From assembly GCA_017852795.1 (NCBI GenBank), contig JAFMKU010000006.1, forward strand, positions 2,448 through 66,447: DNA of 64,000 nt. The letters are read 5' to 3'. Position 1 is the first letter of the stretch, and each line of letters begins with the position of its first letter. Position numbers and translations under genes: made by a program. Source of the DNA: Candidatus Neomicrothrix sp. Its GTDB lineage: Bacteria; Actinomycetota; Acidimicrobiia; Acidimicrobiales; Aldehydirespiratoraceae. Positions 39,910 through 50,129 of this stretch are shown here, in pieces. The notes beneath the pieces were generated by a model, which had not been told where the DNA came from, ran no database searches, and worked only from the letters and a program-made list of their open reading frames with translations.

Positions 39910-40812
39910 GTGACGTTACTGTTCGCAGACATGACCGGAGCGCTTCATCCAGAACTTCACGGCCGGTTCGTCACCGCGGGACCAGGTGAGCTCTGGGTCG
40001 AAGTTGCGGGCGCCCACGGTCCGTTGGTGGTGCTCCTGGCCGGTTCCGACGCTCCGGGTTTCTTCTGGCCTGATTCGTTTGTTGCGGCGCTGGTGGCCGA
40101 CGGCTTTCGCGTCGCCCGTCCCGACTACCGAGACTGCGGTCGCTCGGTTCGCATCACGGATCCTCAGGGGTATCGCTTAGCGGATCTTGCCGATGACGTG
40201 GTCGCGATACTGGACGATCTCGGGGCGGCTCAAGCTCACCTGGTGGGGTTCTCGCTTGGGGCGATGGTGAGTCAAGTGTTGGCCCTTGATCACCCGACGC
40301 GGGTGGCCTCGCTGGTGCTGGTGGGTGGTACCCCGGGGGCGGGAGACGACCGGCTCTCAGACCCGGACGAGGCGTTTGTGGAACGGATCGTGACCCGTCA
40401 TCTGGATGGTCCACCGACTGACAAGGCGGGCGCAGTCAGGTGGCAGGTTGAACTGGCCGAGTTGCTGGCCGGTCGGGCGTATGCATTCGATCGACAAGCA
40501 GCCCACCGGAACGCTGAACGCATCGTTGCCGGTGGTTGGACGGCGGCGTCAGGTCACGGAGCGGCAATTCACGAATCGCCTTCCCGCGTTGATCGACTCG
40601 GGGAGATTCACCATCCGACGTTGATCGTGCATGGCACCGAAGATCCGGTGTACCCGGTCGATCATGCCCGAGCGCTCGCGGCCGGGATCGAAGGTTCGAT
40701 ACTCCTCGAGTTTGACGGGCTCGGGCATGAACTACCCGAACCGCTTCTGGCTGTGCTTCGGCCGGCGTTCAGCGAACACCTCAGCGCTGAGAGGCCAGAC
40801 TCCGGTTCTTGA
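39910..40812 (+). CDS. alpha/beta hydrolase
   Basis: Nucleophile elbow [27 protein letters not shown]. Confidence 0.8.
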   Translation: MTLLFADMTGALHPELHGRFVTAGPGELWVEVAGAHGPLVVLLAGSDAPGFFWPDSFVAALVADGFRVARPDYRDCGRSVRITDPQGYRLADLADDVVAILDDLGAAQAHLVGFSLGAMVSQVLALDHPTRVASLVLVGGTPGAGDDRLSDPDEAFVERIVTRHLDGPPTDKAGAVRWQVELAELLAGRAYAFDRQAAHRNAERIVAGGWTAASGHGAAIHESPSRVDRLGEIHHPTLIVHGTEDPVYPVDHARALAAGIEGSILLEFDGLGHELPEPLLAVLRPAFSEHLSAERPDSGS

Positions 40813-41554
40813 TCTTGGACTTCACGTAGTCCCGGTTCATCATGGCGATGAAATCAAGCGGGATTTCCTTCGGGCAGGCTTCGTGGCATTCGCCGTGGTT
40901 GGTGCACGAACCGAAGAACGATTCCATCGTTTCAACCATGGCCTCGGTGCGCCGGTAGCGCTCGGGCTGACCCTGAGGGAGCACGTTGAGGTGGGCCAGC
41001 TTGGCTGAGGTGAAGAGCTGAGCCGCCGAGTTCGGACAGGCGGCCACGCAGGCCCCACAGCCGATGCAGGCCGCGGCGTCCATCGCGGTGTCCGCGACTT
41101 CCTTCGGGATCGGGATCTCGTTGGCGTCGGGGGCGGTACCGGTTGGGACGGAGATGAACCCCCCGGCTTCAACGATTCGGTCAAAGGCGCGACGATCGAC
41201 CATCAGGTCTTTGAGGATCGGGAACGAAGCGGCCTGCCATGGTTCGACGACGATCTTGTCGCCGTCGTTGAACTTGCGCATGTGGAGCTGGCAAGTGGCG
41301 GTGGCTTTTTCGGGGCCGTGGGCTTGGCCGTTGATCATCACACCGCAGCTACCGCAGATTCCTTCACGGCAGTCATGGCCGAAGGCAACCGGTTCGATGT
41401 CGTCGGCGATCAGGCGTTCGTTGACGATGTCGAGCATCTCCAAAAACGAGGCGTCCTCGGGGATCTCTTTGGCGTCCACATCGAGGAACGATCCGGCATC
41501 ATTGGGTCCGGCTTGACGCCAGATCTTCAGCTTCAGGTTCAGCATCTTGCTCAT
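40781..41554 (-). CDS. sdhB: succinate dehydrogenase/fumarate reductase iron-sulfur subunit
   Basis: Cys clusters [34 protein letters not shown]. Confidence 0.92.
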   Translation of the reverse strand: MSKMLNLKLKIWRQAGPNDAGSFLDVDAKEIPEDASFLEMLDIVNERLIADDIEPVAFGHDCREGICGSCGVMINGQAHGPEKATATCQLHMRKFNDGDKIVVEPWQAASFPILKDLMVDRRAFDRIVEAGGFISVPTGTAPDANEIPIPKEVADTAMDAAACIGCGACVAACPNSAAQLFTSAKLAHLNVLPQGQPERYRRTEAMVETMESFFGSCTNHGECHEACPKEIPLDFIAMMNRDYVKSKIKNRSLASQR

Positions 41555-41563
41555 GAGCAGTCC

Positions 41564-43486
41564 TTACTTGTAGCTGCGCTGGGTCAGCTTGACGTTTTCG
41601 AAATGCAGGTCCTCTTTGTGGAGGGTCTGCGGGGTGTCGGGGCCGTTCCATTCCCAGGCACCGACATAGGCGAAGTTCTCGTCGTCACGAAGGGCTTCAC
41701 CTTCGGGGGTCTGAGACTCTTCGCGGAAGTGACCGCCGCAGCTTTCGTTGCGGTGAAGCGCGTCACGAGCTTTGAGCTCGGCGAACTCCATGAAGTCGTC
41801 AACCCGGTTGACTTTCTCCAAGGTGGTGTTCACCCCGTCGGGCGAACCAAGCACCTTGACGTTTTTGCGGAATTCCTCGCGCAGGGCCGGGATCTCCGAG
41901 AGCGCCTTTTCGAGGCCGGTTTCGTTGCGGGCCATGCCGCAGTACTCCCAGACGATCTTGCCGAGTTCACGGTGGTAGTACTCAACCGAGTGAGTGCCAC
42001 CGGTCTTGGACGTCCACTGACGGGTGCGGTCATCGACTTCCTTGATGGCCTGCTGGAACACCGGATCGTCGGTCGGGACCGGCTTCTCGCCGAGTTTCGG
42101 TGCCAGATAATCACCGATCGTGTACGGCAGCACGAAGTAACCATCGGCGAGCCCCTGCATCAGTGCCGAAGCACCGAGACGGTTGGCTCCGTGGTCCGAG
42201 AAGTTGCATTCGCCCAGCGCGTAAAGCCCGGGGATGGTGGTCATCAGGTTGTAGTCAACCCAGAGGCCACCCATCGTGTAGTGGATGGCCGGGTAGATGC
42301 GCATCGGAACCTGATACGGGTTCTCGCCGGTGATCCGCTCGTACATGTCGAACAGGTTTCCGTAACGCTCCCGAACGACCTGCTCGCCGTCGCGGGCGAT
42401 GGCGGCCGCGAAATCAAGGTAGACACCGTTCTTGAGCGGGCCGACCCCGCGACCTTCGTCGACGACGGTTTTGGAGTTGCGGCTGGCCACGTCGCGGGGG
42501 ACAAGGTTGCCGAAGCTCGGATACTTCTCTTCGAGGTAGTAGTAACGCTCCTCGTCAGGGATCTGGCCGGGGGAGCGAAGCTCGTCACGATCCCGAGGAA
42601 CCCAGATGCGGCCATCGTTACGAAGCGACTCGGACATCAAGGTCAGCTTTGACTGGAACTCGTCGCTGGCCGGAATGCAGGTCGGGTGGATCTGGCTGTA
42701 GCAGGGGTTGGCAAAGAGGGCCCCCCGGCGATGCGCCCGCCAGGCCGCGGTGACGTTGGAAGCCATGGCGTTGGTCGACAGGTAGTACACGTTTCCGTAA
42801 CCGCCGGTGGCGAGCACCACGGCGTGAGCACTGTGGGCTTCGACCTGCCCGGTGAGCATGTCGCGCACGACGATGCCCTTCGCTTCGCCGTCTTTGACGA
42901 CCACATCGAGCACGTCCGACTGGTTGTACAGGGTCACCTTGCCAGCGGCGATCTGCCCGGCCAAAGCCTGATAGGCACCGAGCAGCAACTGCTGGCCGGT
43001 CTGGCCTCGGGCATAGAACGTGCGGCTGACCTGAGCCCCACCAAAGGAACGGTTGGCGAGCAGGCCACCGTATTCGCGGGCGAACGGGACACCTTGTGCG
43101 GCGCACTGGTCGATGATGTCAACCGAAACCTGAGCGAGACGGTGCACGTTGGCTTCGCGGCTTCGGTAGTCACCGCCCTTGACGGTGTCGTAGAACAGTC
43201 GGTACACCGAGTCGCCGTCGTTGCGGTAGTTCTTGGCGGCGTTGATGCCGCCCTGCGCCGCGATCGAATGAGCCCGGCGAGGCGAGTCATGGAAGGTGAA
43301 CACCTTCACCTGATAGCCAAGCTCGGCGAGCGAAGCGGCAGCCGACGCACCGGCCAAGCCAGTGCCGACCACGATCACTTCAAAGCGGCGTTTGTTGGCC
43401 GGGTTGACCAACTTGACCGAGAACTTGTGGTTGTCCCATTTCTCGGCGATGGGACCTTCCGGAATTTTTGCGTCGAGCGTGACCAT
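41564..43486 (-). CDS. sdhA: succinate dehydrogenase/fumarate reductase flavoprotein subunit
   Basis: [17 protein letters not shown]-linking [11 protein letters not shown] region (HS.AAQGG). [14 protein letters not shown]. Confidence 0.95.
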   Translation of the reverse strand: MVTLDAKIPEGPIAEKWDNHKFSVKLVNPANKRRFEVIVVGTGLAGASAAASLAELGYQVKVFTFHDSPRRAHSIAAQGGINAAKNYRNDGDSVYRLFYDTVKGGDYRSREANVHRLAQVSVDIIDQCAAQGVPFAREYGGLLANRSFGGAQVSRTFYARGQTGQQLLLGAYQALAGQIAAGKVTLYNQSDVLDVVVKDGEAKGIVVRDMLTGQVEAHSAHAVVLATGGYGNVYYLSTNAMASNVTAAWRAHRRGALFANPCYSQIHPTCIPASDEFQSKLTLMSESLRNDGRIWVPRDRDELRSPGQIPDEERYYYLEEKYPSFGNLVPRDVASRNSKTVVDEGRGVGPLKNGVYLDFAAAIARDGEQVVRERYGNLFDMYERITGENPYQVPMRIYPAIHYTMGGLWVDYNLMTTIPGLYALGECNFSDHGANRLGASALMQGLADGYFVLPYTIGDYLAPKLGEKPVPTDDPVFQQAIKEVDDRTRQWTSKTGGTHSVEYYHRELGKIVWEYCGMARNETGLEKALSEIPALREEFRKNVKVLGSPDGVNTTLEKVNRVDDFMEFAELKARDALHRNESCGGHFREESQTPEGEALRDDENFAYVGAWEWNGPDTPQTLHKEDLHFENVKLTQRSYK

Positions 43487-44286
43487 CAGTTCGCCTCCTC
43501 GGCGTGTTCAAAATCTCCAACCGGAACAGATCGGTTGTCCTCGTTGATGAGCCCGGTCTGCACGGCGATCGGGAAGCTGAGGTTCCCGATCAGGATCAGA
43601 CCGGCGAGTCCGGTCGCGAAGTGGCGGCGAGCCGCGTTGTAACGGGGGTTGTTGATCCCCAGCGTCTGGAACATCGACCAGGCGCCGTGAAAGATGTGCA
43701 CGGCGAGAGCGACGTTGGCCACGATGTAGATCAGTGCCACCGGCAGCGAACTCATCGACTCGGCGACGTTGTGGTAGACGTCGCCGCGGACGTAATCGTC
43801 ACCCAGCCAGGTGCCCCAGGTCAGGTCGGCTAGGTGGAACAGGATGTACAGCAGCACGATCGGCCCTGTCCAGCGCATGGTCCGGCTAGCGAAGTTGGCC
43901 GCGATGTAGTCGCGGGGGCTGGCGTAACGCTGGTTGGCTTTCTGGTTGAGCCGGCTCAACGACCAGGCCGCGTGAATGTGGCCGCCAAACATCACGATCA
44001 AACCGATCCGCAGGACCCAGAGCAGCAGGGTGCGCGGTACGAGGTGCCCACCGAGGTCACGGAGCGCCTCCGCGTATTCGTGGATCTGCACCGGGCCTTC
44101 GTAAATGTGGAGGTTGCCGATCATGTGAACAACGACGAACCCGAGAAGACCGATGCCGGTGACCGCCATCACCCACTTCTTGCCTACCGCGGTTTGGTAG
44201 ACGTTGAGGGGCCAGGGGCGTTCTGGTGACCGGCTTTGGATGGGCGGCACCGAGTGGTCGGTACCGCCAGACATGGTTTGAGCCAT
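43486..44286 (-). CDS. sdhC: succinate dehydrogenase cytochrome b subunit (b558-type, 5 TM)
   Basis: 1-nt overlap with sdhA. Five hydrophobic helices with conserved His residues ([31 protein letters not shown]). The sdhCAB order is as in Bacillus-type complexes. Confidence 0.8.
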   Translation of the reverse strand: MAQTMSGGTDHSVPPIQSRSPERPWPLNVYQTAVGKKWVMAVTGIGLLGFVVVHMIGNLHIYEGPVQIHEYAEALRDLGGHLVPRTLLLWVLRIGLIVMFGGHIHAAWSLSRLNQKANQRYASPRDYIAANFASRTMRWTGPIVLLYILFHLADLTWGTWLGDDYVRGDVYHNVAESMSSLPVALIYIVANVALAVHIFHGAWSMFQTLGINNPRYNAARRHFATGLAGLILIGNLSFPIAVQTGLINEDNRSVPVGDFEHAEEAN

Positions 44287-44352
44287 TAGTAGTGGTCCTT
44301 GCTAAACGAACTTCCTAGGAAAAGTACTGCCCCGGAGGGGTTTCGGCCTACT

Positions 44353-46458
44353 TCAGCGAACAGTTGTCTGATACCGGTTGACCGATGTCACAGGACCGTC
44401 CGGACTGCTTCCGGTCACCCGCAGTTCCAAAACGGCGTCGCCGCGGGGGCCGATCTCGGCTTCGAACCTGCCGATCCGTTCAACACGGTCGGCGGGAATC
44501 GATCCAGCCCAGGCTTGCGTGGCGGTGGTTCCGTCGGCTCGCAGCAGCGTCGCGACCACCTTGCCTTCGGTGAGGGGATGGCGAAGGTCGGAGATGAGTT
44601 GGATCGTCACCGTCAACGGCTGGCCGCTGGTGAACTCGACCGGTACCGGGTCGGCTACGGCCAGCACCGGTTGGCAGGCGGTGGCCGCGGCGCCCAGCGC
44701 AGGTTTGGGTTGGCGGTCGCTGGTGAGCAGCCCAAACCCTCCGGCCGGTCCCGGGTCGGCCCAGTAAAACGCGAAGAACCCGTTAGTTGGTTGGTATTTG
44801 AGCTGGCGAAAGGTCTCGATTGTGGTCCGCAGAAGTTGGGCCTGCTCGGCGAAACCAGCCGCAGCCCAAGTGGGTCCGTCGGGGTACTGCTCGGGGGGAA
44901 CGAAATGGCGCAGCGACGGCGGACGGGCACCGATGCTGGCTCCGATCGCGGCCCAGTCGGCCGCCGGCCAGATCGCATCGACCACCGCGGGGTGCTCCGG
45001 GTTGACGGTGGCCGCACCGAACGCGGTGACCAGGCGAGCCATGCGCGGCAACCGTCGGATGCTTTTCGAAAGATCCCCGGGTCGACGGTCGTGCCAGCCG
45101 AACCAGAGGTGGCTGGTGGTTCCGTCTAACTGCGGAAGGTGCGGGGGAACCGCGGTGTGAAGGACGACGGGTCGGGTGCCGTCGGTGCGTTGCAGCACTC
45201 GGCGAACCGACGTGTCGAGCACGGAACGGTTCCACGAAGGACGTTGTTGGCCGACAATCGGTGGGGTGGTGGTCGGCTTGGCCTGACGTTTGAACGGTTC
45301 GTCGTGGACACACCAGACGGCAACGCTGGGGTGATGGCCGAGCAGATCCACCATCTCGCGGGTTTGCCGGACGGCTTGCGTGCGAACTCCGCGAGCCATC
45401 ACCCCCCGAAGGGGCATCTCCTGCCAGAGCAGCAGGCCGACTTCGTCGGCAGCCCGGTACAGCTCGGGATGAGCGACGTGGGCGGCCAATCGGATCATGG
45501 TGAAACCGGTGTCGCGAGCCAACGCCACGTCGTGGCGAACCTGGTGAGGTTCAGCCAACCCCGGCTGAGGGTTGGTCGGGAGCATGACCACACCGTTCAT
45601 GAAGGTGCGTTCACCGTTGACAAACAACGTCCAGTTCCGCATCGACACCCGCCGGAGCCCGATCCGGCGGGTTCGGTAATCCTGCACGTCACCGTCGACG
45701 ATGAGCTCGCAGCGAAGGTCGTGGAGCACGGCCTGGTCCGGTTTGAGCGCGTGTGGCCACCAGAGTTCCGGGTTCTCAACCTCCACGGTCCATTCGACTC
45801 GGTTCTGTCCGACAGCGGACGGGTGCCGGTAGTCGTGTTCGTGGTCACCGATCCGGGTGCGGAGCACGACCGTCGTGTTAGCCGGACTGTCAAAGACGCA
45901 GCGGAGGGTGACCTGAGCGCGGTTGGGGTTGGCGTCGCTGCATACGGCCCGGAAATGGTGGATCGCCCAGAGGCCGGTTTCTTCCAAGCCGACCGGCTGC
46001 CAGATCCCTCCCGGGTTCTGCTGGGCCGCCCCACTGAGTTGGGGATCTATCAGAGCGCCAAGCAGGTCAGTTCGTTCGTCGGTGTCACCAACCGCCCCAC
46101 AGGTGACGTCGATGGCCAGCGTGTGTTCGGCGCTGTCCTGCATCAGGTCGGTGACTTCAAAGCGGTGGGGTACGAAGTACCCGTCGGTGTCGCCCACATA
46201 CGAGCCGTTCAGCCAGACGTCACCTTGCTGAGCGAGCCCGCCGAGGGTTAACCAGCGGCGCCGATTCTCCGCGGGCGGTTCGGCCTGGAACCGATGACGA
46301 AACAGGACCGCCCGTTCCTCGGACAGTGCAGGGGTTTGCGCCCAGTGGCCGGGAACGGTGACGGGGTGCCATTGGCGATCGTCGAGCGCGGGTTCGTGAA
46401 AGGTCCGACGGAGCTCTTCGCGGGCGGGTGCCGCATACCACTGGCCGGACAGGTCCAT
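44353..46458 (-). CDS. glycoside hydrolase family 2 (beta-mannosidase/galactosidase-like)
   Basis: The N-terminal sugar-binding pattern WHPVTVPGHW...FRHRF...LTLGGLAQQGDVWLNGSYVG...PHRFEVTDL and the TIM-barrel region MIRLAAHVAHPELYRAADEVGLLLWQEMP both match GH2. Confidence 0.72.
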   Translation of the reverse strand: MDLSGQWYAAPAREELRRTFHEPALDDRQWHPVTVPGHWAQTPALSEERAVLFRHRFQAEPPAENRRRWLTLGGLAQQGDVWLNGSYVGDTDGYFVPHRFEVTDLMQDSAEHTLAIDVTCGAVGDTDERTDLLGALIDPQLSGAAQQNPGGIWQPVGLEETGLWAIHHFRAVCSDANPNRAQVTLRCVFDSPANTTVVLRTRIGDHEHDYRHPSAVGQNRVEWTVEVENPELWWPHALKPDQAVLHDLRCELIVDGDVQDYRTRRIGLRRVSMRNWTLFVNGERTFMNGVVMLPTNPQPGLAEPHQVRHDVALARDTGFTMIRLAAHVAHPELYRAADEVGLLLWQEMPLRGVMARGVRTQAVRQTREMVDLLGHHPSVAVWCVHDEPFKRQAKPTTTPPIVGQQRPSWNRSVLDTSVRRVLQRTDGTRPVVLHTAVPPHLPQLDGTTSHLWFGWHDRRPGDLSKSIRRLPRMARLVTAFGAATVNPEHPAVVDAIWPAADWAAIGASIGARPPSLRHFVPPEQYPDGPTWAAAGFAEQAQLLRTTIETFRQLKYQPTNGFFAFYWADPGPAGGFGLLTSDRQPKPALGAAATACQPVLAVADPVPVEFTSGQPLTVTIQLISDLRHPLTEGKVVATLLRADGTTATQAWAGSIPADRVERIGRFEAEIGPRGDAVLELRVTGSSPDGPVTSVNRYQTTVR

Positions 46459-46536
46459 GCCATGACGCTAGCGGCCGGTGGGTTAGGCACGGGGTGGGCT
46501 GGGTTGGAGTGCAGCGGGCCGTGTAGGGTCCGGCTC

Positions 46537-47985
46537 ATGTCAAGTGCGGAAACTTCGTCAGAGGCGACCTTGGGGTCGCGACCAGAAACGCTCGGAGCGC
46601 TGCGGGCCAGCGGCTGGACGTCGGTGCCGATTCGTCACGAGTTGCGGCGCAACGCGATCGACCGGATTCGGGCGGGGGAACCGTTGTTCCCGCAGGTTCT
46701 TGGCTACGAACAAACGGTTACCCCCCAGCTCGAAAACGCGCTGATCGCCGGTCACGACATCATCTTTCTGGGCGAGCGGGGGCAGGCCAAGACCCGCATG
46801 ATCCGTGGTTTGACCGGGCTGCTCGACGAGTGGATGCCGGTGATCGCCGGTTCGGAAATCAACGACGATCCTTTCAACCCAATCTCGCGTTACGCCCGCG
46901 AGTTGGTGGCCGAGCACGGTGACGACACGCCGATCGCGTGGGTGCACCGCGATGACCGGTTTGGCGAAAAGCTCGCGACCCCCGACACGTCGATTGCCGA
47001 CCTGATCGGTGAAGTTGACCCGATCAAGGTGGCCGAAGGTCGCTACCTGTCCGACGAGTTGACACTGCATTACGGACTGGTTCCCCGAACCAACCGCGGG
47101 ATTTTCGCCATGAACGAACTTCCTGATCTTTCCGAGCGCATTCAGGTTGGTCTGCTCAACGTCTTGGAGGAACGAGACGTGCAGATCCGAGGCCACAAGA
47201 TCCGGCTTCCGTTGGACATCATTTTGGTGGCGTCGGCCAACCCGGAGGATTACACCAACCGGGGGCGGTTGATCACCCCGCTCAAGGATCGGTTCGGTTC
47301 CCAGATCCGCACTCACTATCCCCTCGATGTGGACACCGAAGTCGCGATCGTCGAACAAGAAGCCGACCTGTCGGTCGGAGACGGGTTCGACCTGACCGTT
47401 CCGTCGTTCATGACCGAAGTGGTTGCTTCGTTTACCCACGCGGCCCGACGCAGCCAGCAGATTTCCCAACGGTCTGGGGTTTCGGTCCGGCTATCGATCG
47501 CCAACTTTGAGATCATGGTGGCCAATGCGGTGCGCCGAAGCCTCCGCTCGGGGAGCACCGCGGCGGTGCCTCGGATCGTAGATCTTGATGCCTTACCGGC
47601 TTCGACCAGTGGAAAGGTCGAGATCGAAACCCTTGACGAGGGTCGCGATGCGGTCATCCTTGGCGATCTGGTCCGCACCGCGGTGCTGACGGTGTTCCAG
47701 GACCGCGTCCCGAGCGAAACGCTTCCCGAAGTGGTGGCGGCGTTCAGCGGGGATCTGGTGGTTGACACCGGTGAAGATGTCACCGATGCGGCCTATGTCG
47801 CGCTGCTGGAAACGGTGCCGGCCTTGGCGGTGCCGGTCAACGCCCTTCTGGCTGATGAAGACGCCGCGGACTCTCCCGCCATGATCGCCAGCGCCTGTGA
47901 ATTGGTGCTGGAAGGCCTGCACCTTTCGAAACGACTGAACAAAGATTCAGTCGGTGGTCGTTCCCAGTTCCGCAGCCGCGGCTGA
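46537..47985 (+). CDS. AAA+ ATPase, ChlI/MoxR-like (uncharacterised actinobacterial family)
   Basis: Walker A IIFLGERGQAKT. Walker-B-like GIFAMNELPDL. LLNVLEERDVQIRG. ILVASANPEDY. The ATG at 46537 was chosen; the track start at 46294 would overlap the divergent GH2 gene. Confidence 0.8.
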   Translation: MSSAETSSEATLGSRPETLGALRASGWTSVPIRHELRRNAIDRIRAGEPLFPQVLGYEQTVTPQLENALIAGHDIIFLGERGQAKTRMIRGLTGLLDEWMPVIAGSEINDDPFNPISRYARELVAEHGDDTPIAWVHRDDRFGEKLATPDTSIADLIGEVDPIKVAEGRYLSDELTLHYGLVPRTNRGIFAMNELPDLSERIQVGLLNVLEERDVQIRGHKIRLPLDIILVASANPEDYTNRGRLITPLKDRFGSQIRTHYPLDVDTEVAIVEQEADLSVGDGFDLTVPSFMTEVVASFTHAARRSQQISQRSGVSVRLSIANFEIMVANAVRRSLRSGSTAAVPRIVDLDALPASTSGKVEIETLDEGRDAVILGDLVRTAVLTVFQDRVPSETLPEVVAAFSGDLVVDTGEDVTDAAYVALLETVPALAVPVNALLADEDAADSPAMIASACELVLEGLHLSKRLNKDSVGGRSQFRSRG

Positions 47986-49203
47986 ACGACGCTCGGCAAA
48001 CCGACGAAACGTTTCGGCTGCGGGTTTCCGCCGTCGATCGCGGTCGAGAAGCCCGCGGGGACGAGCGAAACCGAGCTTCCAGTCATATCCGTCAATCCCG
48101 CTGTCGTGAAAGTAACCAGCCAACCCGACGTCGTGAACGGCAGTGTCAACGTGACGCAGCGAACGGGCGAGCAGGTCATCACGCCAAGCTTCGTCATCGG
48201 TGGCTACCCCATGACCGGCAACGATCAGCCGATGGTCGGGGAGTGCCTCCCGAGTGCGGTAGATGGCCTGCGCGAGCTCTTCTGGTTCGGGAGCCAAGCC
48301 AGCGCTTCGCCGGGCCGTTTCGGGCCAGGGCCGGATCTCGCCTTGATGGTTGATCCCCATCGGATGGTCATGGACCAACCCCACATAGTCAACGTCGCTG
48401 ACGAACCGGGGCACCTGGATCGTTGCCCGTCCCGGTAGGCCGATCACCCCGTCGGCATGGCCGCGAAGCCAACCCCACCAGAGATCGTCCCAACGTTGGG
48501 TCGCAGTTTTTGTTTCGGTGAGGACGCGGTGATCGGACTCGGCCAAGGCATGGATGGGCTCGGCTCGCCATGTGGTCATCACCGGTTGGCGGCCGGTGGC
48601 TAGCAGGCCGAGGCTGTCGTGAACGGCCAGGATCGCTCCTTCTGCCGCTTCCCGCATCACCTTCGGATCGCTTCGTCCCGGCGGTCGACTTCCGAGGCCG
48701 TAGCCGCGAACCGCCCAACCGATGGGGTCGTCGACGGGAACGAAACCGTCGGCGAGAGCATCGAAGGTTTCGGCTACCCGATCGACATGGGGAAGCCAGA
48801 ATCGTTGTCGGGCGGTTTGATCGCGGTGGCCACCTTCATCGTCGAGGTACCAACCGGGCAGCGAGGTGCTTTGGAAGGTCAGCCAGCTGGCAAGCCCGCA
48901 GGCTCGAGCTTCGTTCAAGATGTCGAGGTACCGGTCGATCGCTTCGTGGTTGATGCGGCCGGGGGCTGGTTCGATCCGAGCCCATTCGATCGTCAGGCGC
49001 CAAGCGTTGCAGCCGAGTTGGACGAATTGTTGGAGATCGTCGCGGTAATCGCTGGCCAACCCGGATCCGTCACCGGAAGTGGGAGCTTGACCGTTGTGTT
49101 CCCATTCAACCCAGTCGGCGGCGGGCGCGACCCCTTCGGTGGAAACCGAGGATGCGCTTACGCCGACAAGGAAATCAGCGGTGGGTGAAGACACCGGCGT
49201 CAA
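47947..49203 (-). CDS. glycoside hydrolase family 1-like protein, apparently lacking both catalytic glutamates
   Basis: GH1 landmarks DFLVGVSASSVSTEG, AWRLTIEWARIEP, GYGLGSRPPG, GYFHDSGIDGYDWKLGF. The NEP position reads VDDP and the ITENG position reads VAGHG. Confidence 0.68.
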   Translation of the reverse strand: MTPVSSPTADFLVGVSASSVSTEGVAPAADWVEWEHNGQAPTSGDGSGLASDYRDDLQQFVQLGCNAWRLTIEWARIEPAPGRINHEAIDRYLDILNEARACGLASWLTFQSTSLPGWYLDDEGGHRDQTARQRFWLPHVDRVAETFDALADGFVPVDDPIGWAVRGYGLGSRPPGRSDPKVMREAAEGAILAVHDSLGLLATGRQPVMTTWRAEPIHALAESDHRVLTETKTATQRWDDLWWGWLRGHADGVIGLPGRATIQVPRFVSDVDYVGLVHDHPMGINHQGEIRPWPETARRSAGLAPEPEELAQAIYRTREALPDHRLIVAGHGVATDDEAWRDDLLARSLRHVDTAVHDVGLAGYFHDSGIDGYDWKLGFARPRGLLDRDRRRKPAAETFRRFAERRSAAAAELGTTTD

Positions 49204-50050
49204 AAACCACGCGATCCCCGACCCGAGTCTGGAACAAGACCGTGCCGTCGTCGTCCCAAAGGTGAACGTCGAGTTGTTCGCCGGGGGTGACCGGCGACCG
49301 GAACCGGCCGCTCAAGGAACCGAAACGGTCAGGGTCGCTGTCACAGAGTGCGTGAAGCAGCAGGCGTCCGGTAACCCCGTAGGTGCAGAGGCCGTGCAGG
49401 ATGGGGGTATCAAACCCGGCGAGTTTGGAAAACGACGGGTCGGAATGAAGCGGGTTGCGGTCGCCGTTGAGCCGGTACAGCAGAGCCTGATCGGTGCGGG
49501 TGATGAAACTCGTGATCTGATCAGCGGGGCGGTCGGGTTGCTGCCAGTCACTGCTGGGGCCTCGATCGCCACCCCAGCCGCCCTCACCGGAGATGAAAAG
49601 GCCGGTGCGAGTAGACCACATCGGTTGGCCAGCCAGATCGCGCACGTTGGTTTCGAGCACCACCAGCGCGGCCTTGCCTTTGTCGTAGATCGCCGCGACT
49701 CGGCCCTGCCCAATCGCCGTGCCTTCCGGGGGAAGGGTCTGATGCAGGGTGATGGCCTGTTCTCCGTGAAGAAGCGCGGCGAGGTTGAACTCACCAAAGT
49801 CAACGCCGCTACCCCCACCGATCACCACCACCTGCGTGGGCAGGGCGCGCTGTTGGGTGTTCTGCGTGTTTTCGGTGGTGAACTCCAGTTCCGCCCCGGT
49901 GGGGTCGGCAACACCCGCGCCGACTCCGAGCGCATACAGCAGGCTTTCTTTGCTGGACCAGGTCACTTCGGTTTCGGGCCCGGTGCTTCCGACGGCTTCA
50001 GGGTTGATCGGCATGGGAACTCCTTGGTGGCGGCACGGCTCGCCTCTCAA
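49175..50050 (-). CDS. MaoC-family (R)-specific enoyl-CoA hydratase/dehydratase, double hot-dog
   Basis: Hydratase-2 motif YRLNGDRNPLHSDPSFS followed by ILHGLCTYG. Confidence 0.8.
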   Translation of the reverse strand: MRGEPCRHQGVPMPINPEAVGSTGPETEVTWSSKESLLYALGVGAGVADPTGAELEFTTENTQNTQQRALPTQVVVIGGGSGVDFGEFNLAALLHGEQAITLHQTLPPEGTAIGQGRVAAIYDKGKAALVVLETNVRDLAGQPMWSTRTGLFISGEGGWGGDRGPSSDWQQPDRPADQITSFITRTDQALLYRLNGDRNPLHSDPSFSKLAGFDTPILHGLCTYGVTGRLLLHALCDSDPDRFGSLSGRFRSPVTPGEQLDVHLWDDDGTVLFQTRVGDRVVFDAGVFTHR

Positions 50051-50129
50051 GCTAGCGAAGTCTGAAGATTCGCGTTACCGGTGCGGTCTCGGTCTGTACC
50101 GGCGCGGCCGTTGGCGCTACCCTCCGCAG

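Noticed and set aside
41282-42652. 456-aa + strand ORF
   Set aside because: It lies entirely antisense to sdhA, which has unmistakable flavoprotein motifs. It has no recognisable motifs of its own and is a typical stop-poor antisense frame of a high-GC gene. The same applies to 42686-43642.
45139-46251. 370-aa + strand ORF
   Set aside because: It is antisense to the GH2 gene. The same reasoning applies to 44299-45129 and 44378-44767.
49094-50065. 323-aa + strand ORF, plus the long 5' extensions of track ORFs starting at 46294, 49785, 11466, 15582, 31231, 56736 and 1935
   Set aside because: The 49094 ORF is antisense to the MaoC gene. The extended starts overlap neighbouring genes. Each has an in-frame internal start that gives a normal family-length protein with a signal peptide or conserved N-terminus.
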